Shown here: positions 10,906 to 21,805 of the stretch, in pieces
How the letters are laid out: each line of letters opens with the position of its first letter
How positions within the stretch are numbered: position 1 is the first letter of the stretch
Source of the DNA: Candidatus Bathyarchaeota archaeon
GTDB lineage: Archaea; Thermoproteota; Bathyarchaeia; Bathyarchaeales; Bathycorpusculaceae
DNA: 64,000 nt
Direction of reading: 5' to 3'
Assembly: GCA_963770935.1 (NCBI GenBank)
Contig: CAVYRJ010000011.1
Location: 105,382-169,381 of the forward strand
Notes under the pieces: model-generated
Databases searched by the model: none
What the model was told of the DNA's origin: nothing
What the model saw: the letters and a program-made list of their open reading frames with translations, nothing else
Program-made: the position numbers and the translations under genes

Positions 10906-11170
10906 TGCCCAAAATATCCGTTAAATTCGCTTTATCCATCTATTCACTGTTCATCGGCTTATATAATGATGATCTTTTGGATAGCTCTCGTCACAACGAA
11001 CCAGATTTTGCCTGAGCAGATTCCTTGGGCTATCTCGTTCCATTTGGCAGGAGAATTCGCAACAGCCCTTTTGCTGATTGTTTCCGGGGTGGGTTTATGG
11101 AAAAGTAAGGGTTGGACAAAGATCACTAATCTAAAGAAAGAACGGTTAGGCGAAATTACATATGCCAACG
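10906..11170 (+). pseudogene. fragment of small membrane protein
   Basis: hydrophobic FHLAGEF.TA.LL..SG segment, interrupted frame; ends approximate. Confidence 0.35.
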
Positions 11171-11200
11171 TTAACCCTGTTTTTCGCTCAAGTTTTTTCT

Positions 11201-12959
11201 TCACTGGAACCTTTTTGGGTCTGTGTCAATGTCCACGATTGTGGGTTTGTCTGATTTGAGGGCTTTGTCCACGGCGGCTTCCAGTTGGTTTGGCTCAGTG
11301 ACTTTGATTCCTATGCCTCCTGAGTGTTGGGCGAAGTCAGCGAAGTTATAATCAAATAGATCAGTTTGCCAGCCCTCATATCCCTCAACTTTCTGTTCCT
11401 GCATAATCATACCCAAATGCTTGTTGTTCATAACAAACACTTTGACTGGCAAATTGTACTTCAAAGCTGTTAAGAAATCGCCCAATACCATGGTTAAGCC
11501 GCCATCGCCAGTTAAACACACAATCTGCCGTTTAGGATAAGCCAAAGCCGCAGCCAATGCTCCTGGCAAACCAAAGCCCATGGTCGCCAAGGTTCCGCTC
11601 ATGACCATCTTCTGCGTTTTCTTCATTCTAAAGTTTCTTCCAAACCACCAGCAGTTCTCGCCAACATCAAGAGAAATCACAGCGTCATCAGCGATTTTAT
11701 CATTCAAAACTTTGATTATGAACTGTGGTCTGATGGGTTTCATGCTGGAATTGGCTTCTTTTTCAAGCTGGTTTAGCCACACCTGCTTTAACCGTGTAAC
11801 CTCAGCTAAATAATTCGGATTGTGTTTGTGCTTAACTTTCTCAGTTAGTTTCGGAATCAAAACTGCACTGTTGCCCAGCAAGGCAACTTCAACTGGGTAT
11901 CTGCGAGCAATCATCAATGGGTTAATGTCGATTTGGACTGTGACGTTTCTGTGGAATAAGCGATAAATCCGAAAACGATGAGCCAATTGCAATAAGTAAA
12001 TCTGCCTTTGTCATGAGTTCACTTGCAGATGTTGAGCCTATTCCGCCGTGGCACCCTACATAAAGTGATTCGTTTTCGTCAACTACACCTTTAGCTCTAA
12101 AAGTAGCCATAATAGGAGCATTAATTTTGGAGGCCAACTTTAACAGTTTATTTCCTTGCCCTCTTGCGCCAAAACCAGCTAAAATAACAGGTCTGCTGGC
12201 TGAATCGATAACTTTTGCTGCCTTCTCAACTAGCCATTCCTCCTGTCCGTAAGCCATGTTGGGCATTCTGCCCTCGAAAGGCAAAATCTCAGCTTCATAC
12301 GGCAACTTTTGTACATCGTTGGGAATCCCGATGTGAGCCACACCCTGATCCAAAAGCGCATACTTAATGGCCAAAGTAGCCAGCGAAGTAGTCTGGTCCT
12401 GAGTCATCAAGGTTTTATTGTAGACGGTTAACGGTTCAAAAAATGCTTGCTGATCAATTTCTTGGATGGCACCCTGCCCAATATGTTTGCGGGGAACCAT
12501 ACCAGTCAACGCCAAAACAGGCGAATGATCCAGCTGCGCATCGTACAATCCAGTTACTAAGTTGGTTGCGCCTGGACCCGAAATTCCAAGGCAAGCCGCC
12601 ACATGCCCAGTCAATTTGCCGTAAGCTGAAGCCATAAACGCTGCAGTTTCTTCGTGGCGAACCTGAATATACTTGACTCTGCCGTTTGTTTTCCGTATGG
12701 CATCCACCAATCCAAGCGTTGATGTACCAGGTATACCGAAAACGTACTGGACACCCCACGCGGCAATCTGGTTAATTAGCACCTCAGAAACAGTGTGTTC
12801 AACCGTTTTTTCTTCGGACTTTTCCGCCAAAAGAACAAAAGCTGATTTGGGTGCTCCACAAACTGGGCAAACCCACTCTTTAGGCAAATCAGCAAACGCT
12901 ACTTTCTCTTTCGTGTCATCATAAACAAAATTGCAAACTGTACACCTATATTTTGCCAT
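11201..12959 (-). CDS. rubredoxin-fused ThDP-dependent enzyme, pyruvate oxidase family (frameshift ~11940)
   Basis: CxxC...CPVC rubredoxin; FGIPG, VRHE..AAFMA, GPGATN; GDGG..M...NN ThDP motif. Confidence 0.9.
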
Positions 12960-13075
12960 AACAAAACCTTCAAAACGCTATTAGAACTAAATCGTTTCGC
13001 CCTTATCAGTTTATTGGAATAAAAAAATCGAACAATTTTTATAAACTGCTCCAGTCCTATTCACTATAAAGAGAG

Positions 13076-14017
13076 ATGAGTATTTTGGAGAATTGGGATG
13101 TCATAATCATCGGCGCTGGCTCCGCAGGGTTAGCCGCTGGAATATACACGGTGCGCAGTGGACTAAAATCATTGATTTTAGACGAGAAACTTCCAGGCGG
13201 AACAATCTCGGACGCCTCAACGGTTGTGAATTATCCTGGATTTGCAGAAATTAGCGGTGGGGAACTAGCGGAGAAAATGGCACTTCACTGCCGAAAAGTC
13301 GGCGCAGTCATCCACGATTTGGAACCAGTCACCGAATTAGAGCTTACAGGCGAAAATAAAATCGTGAAAACCCCAAAAGCCACTTACGAAGCCAAAGCTG
13401 TCATAATCTCGCAGGGTTCACATTACAGAGAAATCGGGGTTAAAGGCGAAAAAGAGTTCCGAGGAAGAGGAGTAAGCTACTGCGGAGTCTGTGATGGGCC
13501 ATTCTTTAGGGGCAAAAAAGTTTTGGTTGTTGGCGGCGGAAACTCAGCTTGCATTACCACCCTTTATCTTTCAGGTCTTGCTGCGCAGGTTACTGTGATT
13601 CATAGGCGGGAGGCTTTCAGGGCGGAACAATCCTTGGTGACAGATATAGGTGCCAAGAGCAACGTAAACATTATGTGGAACACGGAAATTCGGGAAATAA
13701 AGGGCGACAAACAAGTCAAAGACGTCACTCTAATTGATAACTTGACTGGAAAAACAAGCGATCTAGCCGTTGATGCGGTTTTTGTGCAAGTCGGTGAAGC
13801 ACCTAATAGCCAAATCGCCAAATCCAGCGGTGTAGAAACAGATGAGCATGGCTACATCAAAATCGACATCCACCAGCAAACCAATCTGCCTGGAGTTTAC
13901 GCAGCGGGCGACGTGACTAATCATCCAGTTAAACAAGTTGGCACTGCTGTAGGGCAAGGCATCACTGCGGCTTTGGAAGCGTACAGCCACATTAGACGAC
14001 CGTATTACAGAAAATAG
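13076..14017 (+). CDS. trxB: thioredoxin reductase
   Basis: GAGSAG, CGVCDG, GGGNSA, AAGD. Confidence 0.93.
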   Translation: MSILENWDVIIIGAGSAGLAAGIYTVRSGLKSLILDEKLPGGTISDASTVVNYPGFAEISGGELAEKMALHCRKVGAVIHDLEPVTELELTGENKIVKTPKATYEAKAVIISQGSHYREIGVKGEKEFRGRGVSYCGVCDGPFFRGKKVLVVGGGNSACITTLYLSGLAAQVTVIHRREAFRAEQSLVTDIGAKSNVNIMWNTEIREIKGDKQVKDVTLIDNLTGKTSDLAVDAVFVQVGEAPNSQIAKSSGVETDEHGYIKIDIHQQTNLPGVYAAGDVTNHPVKQVGTAVGQGITAALEAYSHIRRPYYRK

Positions 14018-14120
14018 AGAGAAAGGATTATAATATTCTTAACCTCTTTTCATGTTTTCAATCAGCCCAAGCATGCTAAAGCGGTAATTAGCGGCTAAAC
14101 GGTGAAATGAGGTTTACAGA

Positions 14121-15347
14121 TTGAGTGAAAAATGTCTCGCGGTAGTGGAAATCGACCAAGACCTATGTAGCCGATGTTTTGTCTGCAAGTCAATTTGCCC
14201 CTATGAAGCAATAAAGGCGGATTCAACGGGAAAAGTTGAAATTAACAGTCAAGATTGCCAAGTATGCGGCATTTGCTACAGTGCTTGTCCATCTGCAGCT
14301 ATAAAAATGCAGTATTATACTTACGATAACCTATCTGAATACCTAAAGAAGGCACAGGAAAAAACCAAAAAAGGCGCTGACACGCTGGTTTTGATGTGCC
14401 GAGGAAACTCGCCTTCCACAGGTGAAGTGCAAGATATCATTAAAGCACAAGGCTTGAAAGTTGACAATTACATGGCACTTCGTTTGCCCTGTGCGGGCAG
14501 AGTTCCAACAGACTTTGTTTTTGAAGCGTTAAATTCAGGAGTCAAAAACATTGTCTCCGTTCAATGTGAAGACCCCTTCTGCCGCTACAAAGAAGGAACA
14601 AAAATCAACACAAGAAGACTCGTTTTGGCTCGCAATATTCTTAAACAGTTAGGCTTTGACGAGAACGCAGTTAGAGTTGTAAAGTTTTCAAGAAAAGCAA
14701 TCTACGATGTGCAGAAATGTGTAGGCTGCGACAAATGCATTTTCATTTGTCCCTACGGCGCACTTGAGTTCGAGTCGTTTGCAACCCCAAAAGTTAACGA
14801 AGAGAAATGTGTCGGCTGTGGCGCATGCCAACTGGTTTGTCCACACCACGCTATACAAGTGAAGGGCTTCGAATTCGAGGATGTTGTTGATCGGTATGGG
14901 AAATCGCTTGAGCAGCTGAAAGCTAAAGGCAAAGGTCCAGCTGTTCTCGCATTTGTCTGTCAATGGTCAGAGTTTTCAGCGCTAGACAACCCAAACAAAA
15001 CTTTTGAAGGCAAAAACGTGTTGGCGCTGGAAGTTCCATGCTTCAAATCCCTAGACCCAGTCCATATAATCAACGCATTAAATTGCGGCTTTGACGGTGT
15101 CATGGGTGTAGTTTGTTCATCCAAAGATTGCAAACTCCAAGAAGGAAGAGACACAGCAGAACGTAACTTGGCTGCACTTCAAGTTGCACTCAAAAAGCTA
15201 GGTCTGCTTGACCGATTCGAGCTCTACGAGGAATCACCCCGTTGTGCGGGCGAATTTGAACAGAAACTCGATGAATTCTACAAGAAAATTTGTGCTTTAC
15301 CTAAACGTGAAGTAACTGTGGAGGCGACTGCAAAACGTACAAAATAG
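14121..15347 (+). CDS. tandem (2x[4Fe-4S] ferredoxin + MvhD/FlpD-like) x2 Fe-S protein
   Basis: four CxxCxxCxxxCP motifs; two MvhD-like segments (LPCAGRV..C..C; VPC..GFDGV..C..C). Confidence 0.85.
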   Translation: MSEKCLAVVEIDQDLCSRCFVCKSICPYEAIKADSTGKVEINSQDCQVCGICYSACPSAAIKMQYYTYDNLSEYLKKAQEKTKKGADTLVLMCRGNSPSTGEVQDIIKAQGLKVDNYMALRLPCAGRVPTDFVFEALNSGVKNIVSVQCEDPFCRYKEGTKINTRRLVLARNILKQLGFDENAVRVVKFSRKAIYDVQKCVGCDKCIFICPYGALEFESFATPKVNEEKCVGCGACQLVCPHHAIQVKGFEFEDVVDRYGKSLEQLKAKGKGPAVLAFVCQWSEFSALDNPNKTFEGKNVLALEVPCFKSLDPVHIINALNCGFDGVMGVVCSSKDCKLQEGRDTAERNLAALQVALKKLGLLDRFELYEESPRCAGEFEQKLDEFYKKICALPKREVTVEATAKRTK

Positions 15348-16174
15348 TAAGCAAAAAAGAACTTGTTCCAAAAATTAAACTGTTTGAAGTCGAAGCCCCT
15401 GACGTTGCGGCTCAATCGCAAGCTGGTCAATTCTTAATCGTGATACACGGCAAAACAGGCGAACGAATACCCCTAACCATTAGCGGTTATGACCGATCAA
15501 AAGGAACAATTTCGTTTGCTTTCCATGAAGTAGGCAAAACCACCAAAGGAATAGGTTTGCTAAATCAAGGCGACTGCATCGATAACGTTACTGGTCCACT
15601 TGGCAATCCATCAGAAATCAAAAATTACGGCAAAGTCCTCTGTGTCGGTGGAAGCGTCATGATTGCACCGCTACTATTGCAAGTTAAAGCAATGAAGGAA
15701 GCAGGCAACAAGGTAACTACAGTCCTTGGTGCAAGAACAAAAGAATTCATCATGATGGAAAACGAAGCAAAAGCCCTCAGCGACAAAGTCTATGTTGCAA
15801 CTGACGATGGCTCGGTGGGCTACAAGGGATTAGATTTCCTAAAAGATCTGCTGAAAACAGAAAAGTTTGACCGATGTGTTGTCATGGGTCCAGTTATCCT
15901 AATGAAGGATGTTAGCGAAATCACCAAGCCCTACAACATTCCCACAATCGTAACCTTAACTCCGATTATGGTTGATGGCATGGGCATGTGTGGTGTATGC
16001 CGAGTTACGGTTGATGGCAAAATGATGTTCGGCTGCGTGGATGGTCCAGAGTTTGACGGTCACAAAACTAACTTTGACGAGTTAATTCTGCGTCAACGAA
16101 CGATGCTTCCTGAAGAACGTTTGAGTTCAGTATTGTCTGAAATGAGTGGAGGATGTAAGTGTGGCAGAAGTTAA
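15335..16174 (+). CDS. nfnA: NfnA/SudB subunit of bifurcating transhydrogenase
   Basis: YKIV.K, AGQF, GERIPLTI, GPLG, DG.GMCG.CRV, CVDGPEF; frame extends upstream of track start to ACG at 15335. Confidence 0.9.
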   Translation, partial: TYKIVSKKELVPKIKLFEVEAPDVAAQSQAGQFLIVIHGKTGERIPLTISGYDRSKGTISFAFHEVGKTTKGIGLLNQGDCIDNVTGPLGNPSEIKNYGKVLCVGGSVMIAPLLLQVKAMKEAGNKVTTVLGARTKEFIMMENEAKALSDKVYVATDDGSVGYKGLDFLKDLLKTEKFDRCVVMGPVILMKDVSEITKPYNIPTIVTLTPIMVDGMGMCGVCRVTVDGKMMFGCVDGPEFDGHKTNFDELILRQRTMLPEERLSSVLSEMSGGCKCGRS

Positions 16175-17570
16175 GCCTAAACCAAAGTTAAACAAGAAAG
16201 CTGTAGAAATGGCAAAGCAAGAGCCTAAAGTTCGCGCCAAAAACTTCAGTGAAGTAGCTTTAGGTTACACTGAAGAAGAAGCCTTAGAAGAAGCAAGCCG
16301 GTGCCTACAGTGCCCCAAGCCTCAATGCGTGACAGGGTGTCCCGTCGAGGTTCCCATTTCATCATTCATCAAATGTATCCGAGAGAAAAAGTACGCTGAA
16401 GGCATAGCTACCATAAAATCAAAAAATGCTCTGCCAGCTGTTTGTGGACGTGTATGCCCTCAAGAGGAGCAGTGCCAGAAAAAATGTGTCATCGGCAAGA
16501 TGGGTGAACCAGTAAGCATCGGACGCTTAGAACGGTTCTTAGCAGATTGGGAACGGCAAAACGGCTCGCAACTCCCCCCAAAAACCCCAGCCACAGGCAA
16601 AAAAGTAGCCATCGTAGGCGCTGGTCCAGCAGGATTAACGGCTGCAGCTGACCTAGTTAAGCTTGGTCACGAAATCACCATGTTTGAAGCGCTGCATGTT
16701 GGCGGCGGCGTGCTCATGTATGGTATTCCAGAGTTCAGGTTGCCCAAAGAAATTGTGCAAAACGAAGTTAACTATGTCCAAAAGCTAGGCGTTGACTTGC
16801 GCCTTGGCAATTTGGTCGGCAGAATCCACACCATCCCCGAGCTAATGAAGAATGGGTACGATGCAGTTTTCATTGGAAGCGGTGCTGGTTTGCCTCAGTT
16901 CACTGGTTGTTCTGGGGAGAACCTTGGCGGAATCTACTCAGCTAATGAGTTTCTCATTCGTGTTAACCTTATGAAAGCATACCTGTTTCCTGAATATGAT
17001 ACTCCAATACGCCTCGGTAAGCATGTAGTCGTTATCGGCGGCGGAAACGTAGCCATGGATTGTGCAAGAAGCAGCATGCGACTTGGCAGTGAAGTATGCT
17101 TGCTCTATAGACGCTCAAGAAACGAGCTACCAGCAAGACATGAAGAAATCGAGAACGCCGAAGAAGAAGGCTTAATCTGCAAGTTCCTTGCCGCTCCAGT
17201 TGAATTCTACGGTGACGAAAAAGGCTGGGTTAAATCCATGAAAGTCATTGCAATGGAACTCACTGAACCAGATGCTAAGGGTAGAAGGGGAGTAAAAACG
17301 GTTCCAGGCAGCGAATTCATCATGGATGTCGACACAGTAATCATCGCCATCGGACAAACACCAAACCCAATCATCCAACGCACCACAGGCGGCTTACAAA
17401 GCGACCCAAGACACGGAACCATATGCGTTAACGAGGTCGGCAAAACCAGCTTAGACGGAGTTTACGCAGGCGGAGACGTGGCAACAGGAGCAGCAACAGT
17501 CATTAGCGCAATGGGAGCAGGCAAACGCGCAGCCAAAGCAATGCACGAATACCTAAGCAACAAAAAATAA
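16161..17570 (+). CDS. nfnB: NfnB/SudA (GltD-like) subunit
   Basis: EASRCLQC..P.C..GCP, GRVCPQE.QC, GAGPAG, GGGNVAMD; GGAGG before GTG. Confidence 0.92.
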   Translation: MAEVKPKPKLNKKAVEMAKQEPKVRAKNFSEVALGYTEEEALEEASRCLQCPKPQCVTGCPVEVPISSFIKCIREKKYAEGIATIKSKNALPAVCGRVCPQEEQCQKKCVIGKMGEPVSIGRLERFLADWERQNGSQLPPKTPATGKKVAIVGAGPAGLTAAADLVKLGHEITMFEALHVGGGVLMYGIPEFRLPKEIVQNEVNYVQKLGVDLRLGNLVGRIHTIPELMKNGYDAVFIGSGAGLPQFTGCSGENLGGIYSANEFLIRVNLMKAYLFPEYDTPIRLGKHVVVIGGGNVAMDCARSSMRLGSEVCLLYRRSRNELPARHEEIENAEEEGLICKFLAAPVEFYGDEKGWVKSMKVIAMELTEPDAKGRRGVKTVPGSEFIMDVDTVIIAIGQTPNPIIQRTTGGLQSDPRHGTICVNEVGKTSLDGVYAGGDVATGAATVISAMGAGKRAAKAMHEYLSNKK

Positions 17571-17757
17571 TCCTACACCAAAGACTTTCTGAATCTATAG
17601 CCCTTTTGTTATCTTATTCCTTCTTTTAAGGCACTTACACTAACAATGTTCTTGACCAACCAAAAAGGCATTAACGACATTTATGCAATCTCTTGGTGAC
17701 AGAGCCTTCAACTCTGAGTCTCTTGAACAACTATTTTACTGAAGGGATTTTAGGACT

Positions 17758-19009
17758 TTACTCTGTGTAATTGCTATTTTTTTCGTTGTTCTTCACTTTT
17801 CTAAATAGCAGAAACACAGTCGCAAATGCAGCTAAACTTGCGACTGTAATAATCACGACTGTTTGTTGGATGAGGTCTTTTTGGTCAGCGTTTGTCTCTG
17901 TATCTGTAGTGTTATCGTTTGGTTGGTAGTTTATCGGTGGCGTGGTAGATGAGGAGTCGAAGATGGTAGTTGCAGATTGTGCTGTCGCTGATGGTGAAGC
18001 TGGGTTGCCCTGCTGATTTGGCGGTGATTGTGAAGGTTTTGGTGTAGGTTTTAGTTTGATCTCGCTCATGTTTAGGGGGCTCCCTCCTTGGTAACACCAG
18101 AAAACCTGTCCGTCGTCAGCCCAAACATAAGCATTAACGTAAACCACGTTTCCGCTAAATTCAAGAAGTACACTCCAGAATGGGTAGAGTGCATTATAGT
18201 TTCTGGGGTAGCTTCCTAAATTGGCTGTCTCTTTGGTTACCGTTATATTGAATTTGCTTATCCAGTTACTGATGTACTGCTTGGCGTTGTCTATGGCTTG
18301 CTCTTTTGATATGTTTACCTCTGTGCCTCCAATTGGGTATGCAGCTCGGTTATCTTCAATGTTCTTCAAGACACCATTGTCAAAAGTTATGCTGACATGG
18401 TTAAAAACAACTCCATTTCGAGATATTGTCCACGCGAAGTTTGTTGAGTTTATCGAGTTAGAGGCATTTATGGTTGGAGGGAAAGTTGTAGGAATTGACA
18501 TTTTTGAAACACTTAAGTTAATGTCTCCTTGGGTAACGTTCATTGTTTTAGTTTCATCGACAAGTGACAGCATCCTAACGAGATCAGATGAATCAATGCC
18601 AATACATTCTCCAAGTTTACCAAGGACCCGCGCAGCCACCTGAGCCATATTCGCATTGGCATAGGTGTAGTCGCTTATGGGTGAACCTGAAAGGGGCTGA
18701 ATACCGCATTGCTTTAAAACGCCGTTCATAAACACGAATACAACATGTATTGTGCTGGAGTTTGATTTCAAGTCGTAAGTAACGCTCTCCCATTTAGTTG
18801 GATCGTTGGGTCCCGAGGGAAGAGAGTATTCGCTGCGAAAAACGATGGAATATTGGTTCATGTCAAAGGGCAGAACGTTGTTGATGTAGGTTTGCGATTT
18901 TTCCTGAAGTATAGATGTGTCTGAGGAAACGTAAGAAAATTGCCCAAATGGAATAACCATTGTTAAGCAAACCAATCATCACTAAAACTGTTTTCTTAGA
19001 AGGTTTCAT
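17758..19009 (-). CDS. secreted protein with Pro/Ser/Thr linker and C-terminal TM anchor
   Basis: signal peptide from ATG 19009 (frameshift near 18975), low-complexity linker, TM followed by basic tail. Confidence 0.7.
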
Positions 19010-19176
19010 TTTACAACGCTGCCCTAATACGGTGTAGAAATGAACTTGTATTTAGCTCTCCTTAAGGAACAGATTGTTCCAAAAGAGGAACAGCAGCATT
19101 CAAACGTTTCCCACAGGCCATAACCGTCTTGAGTTGCCATATAGTAATATAGCTACTAAGACATGTGAATTGTTAT

Positions 19177-19895
19177 ATGCGTAAGATTAAAGGCTCAAGC
19201 AGCTACCTCAAAAACCAAGTAAGAAAAAACCTTGCCAAAGCGGCTCTTAGCGCACTCATATTTGCGGCTGTCTTTTCAATTTTGATTTACAGAATTCTAT
19301 CGACGCTTCAAATTGGCTTTTTTGAAGAAGCAGGTTTCGTTTTCTTAATTGCACCACTAGTTGCTTTCTACTTTTATCTGCGTAAGTACCACATCTACAA
19401 CGGCGGTTGGCAAGGCGAAAAACAAGTCGCCAAACTCTTAAGCAACACATTGAGCGATGATTATTATCTATTAAATGACTTGTATCTGCGTGATGGCGGA
19501 GGAGATATCGACCACATCGTCTTGGGACCCAATGGGGTTTTCGTTTTGGAGACCAAAAACTGGAGCGGCAGCATTTCTTGCAACGGCGACGAATGGCAAC
19601 GAGCTGGCAAACGCAACTTTTCAGGCAGCCCAAGTCGACAGGTGAAGCGAAACGCAGCCAAAATCAAGCAATTAATCGACAACTCCCCAAATCTAAGACA
19701 GTTGGGCATATGGGTTGAAGGTATAGTTGTCTTCACAAACAAACATGTCGACGCTTCATGTAAACAACTCCACTGTGCCTATCCTTAAGCTTACGCAACT
19801 TCCCAGCCACCTAATTGCTCATAGAAATTCTAGGATCATCTCTCACTGAACAGCTAGAAGCCATCGGACAAGAAATCCTTAAACATAAACATTAA
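19177..19895 (+). CDS. membrane-anchored NERD nuclease-domain protein (3' frameshifts)
   Basis: 2 TM, G..GE, DIDH..GPNG.F..ETKN. Confidence 0.85.
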
Positions 19896-20581
19896 TGCTA
19901 CAGTTAGGTGGCGTAATTTTTAGCCATGCTCTTCTTTTCACGAACGCAAAAGATGTAATTGTAGTTATCAGTAGGGTACCAATTAGAAAAGAATTGAAAA
20001 AAAGTAGCGAAGGGTTTTGAGCTGTCCAAATTGAGATGGACGCCAAAATATAGAGCGAAATTATTCCAGTGAACAATTGCAGAGCATGAAGAATTCTTCT
20101 TGCTTGACAGGCTCTTGACTTTACCCAGTTCAAGCAGGTTTCGATTCTTTCTGAAACATCAGGCAAATCGTCCAGCAGCAAAGCTAACCCAGCCAAAATA
20201 AAAAAACGCCCACATTAACAGCTAAGTCACTTGAAGTAATCAGAAAGAGGCTAATCAGAGAGACAGGACGTAAACAACACGACAAAAACCAAGCCGACAA
20301 GCAAGACAAAGAGAGCCGTATACATAATGGTGAAACAAGAAACGCCCTGTATGTAAGGCTCGGCCGATTGCAGCGCTGGGAAAGATATTGATTACTGCTG
20401 CGGCAAGTGCCAGCCAAAAGAGGTTGCCGTCAAGCAGATATGGTGCGTAGGGATGCCAATATGGGTAAGCTCTGTAATAGCCAAAGATGATCCCAGCAAC
20501 ACATGCTATTGTGATTAGTGCATTGAAGATTAACGCTAAACTGAATATTTTCTTTAAGATTACTCCGACGGAACCAGCCAT
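19879..20581 (-). CDS. multi-pass membrane protein (frameshifted)
   Basis: two consecutive hydrophobic ORFs; LFHHY.YG and DDLPDVS motifs. Confidence 0.65.
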
Positions 20582-20683
20582 TTTTATGCCGTAACCCTAT
20601 ATAAAGCCCTTTAACTTTAAATTTTTATTAAGAAAGTCTGCTTAACCATCTTTTATAAGTAACGCATGTTAGGAGAAAAAACT

Positions 20684-21380
20684 ATGAAGTTTGAAATTAA
20701 ATATAAACCATCATACGCCATGCTGGTTGCTACCATAGACCAAGGCGAAACCATAACGGCGGAATCAGGCGCATTAACCTACATGACCCCAAACATTGAA
20801 GTACACACACGCAAACGTGAAAAAAGCCTCCTTGGATCGTTGGGTTTAACCCTTATAGGCGGGCAATCATTTTGGGTAAACGACTACACAGCCACCAACG
20901 GGTCGGGAGAAGCAGCTTTTGTTGCTGCACCAGTCGGCGACATCAAGCAACTGGATATTGCACCCGGGAAGCGGTTACGTTATTCAGAAATCCGCCTACA
21001 TCGCATCTACGTCAGGCATCGATTTAGACGTGAAATGGGAAGGCTTCACTAAAGGTCTCTTTGGTCAAGGACTGTTTATGCTTAAAGCCACGGTAGCGGA
21101 CAGATGTTCATAAACACTTTTGGCGCAATAGACACTCACACTTTGCAGCCTGGACAAACCTTAATTGTTGACAACTTCCATCTTGTCGGCTTTAGCGAAA
21201 GCTGCAGCTACAAAGTCACGCGGCTTGGCGGACTAAAAGAAACTTTACTTAGCGGCGAAGGCTTAGTCACCCAAATCACAGGACCAGGAGAGGTCCACAT
21301 CCAAACAAAGAACCTGCAAGAATTCACACGAGTGGCTTTGGACTCTGCTTGAACCCAAAGTGCGTTCGACTGCAAGGTAA
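20684..21380 (+). CDS. AIM24 / TIGR00266 family protein (frameshifted)
   Basis: AESGAL.YM, G.SF..N, VDN.HLV, SGEGLV...TGPG. Confidence 0.88.
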
Positions 21381-21414
21381 GCACAACTTTTATTTTTTTC
21401 TTTTTCTTTAGCAC

Positions 21415-21798
21415 TTGAACTTGGGCGAAACTATGAATAGCATAGGATTAGGCATACTTGTCGGTTTCATTATTACTGTAATTCTAAGCGTAATCTACCC
21501 AGGAATCGGATACATTCTCGGCGGTTTCTTAGGCGGAATAATCGCTGGACTCATCGCTAGAGGCGTATTAGGCGGTTCGATTGCTGGTTTTCTCTCAGGA
21601 GTATTTAGCGCAATAGCGTTGGCGATTCTGTCGTTTCTAGGCTTTATTGTTGTAGGCGGTATCACCCATGGCGTTCTTGGAGTACTGTTTGGAGGCTTAG
21701 CAGGATTAGCCCTTGGCATAATCGTTCTTATCTTGGGCGTTCTTGTCTCGGTATTATCTGCAATCGGCGGTTTAATTGGCGGCGCAATAACAAGGTAA
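21415..21798 (+). CDS. Gly-rich membrane protein (DUF5518-like)
   Basis: GGFLGG.IAG and GGLIGG TM repeats. Confidence 0.7.
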   Translation: MNLGETMNSIGLGILVGFIITVILSVIYPGIGYILGGFLGGIIAGLIARGVLGGSIAGFLSGVFSAIALAILSFLGFIVVGGITHGVLGVLFGGLAGLALGIIVLILGVLVSVLSAIGGLIGGAITR

Positions 21799-21805
21799 GA
21801 CGTGT

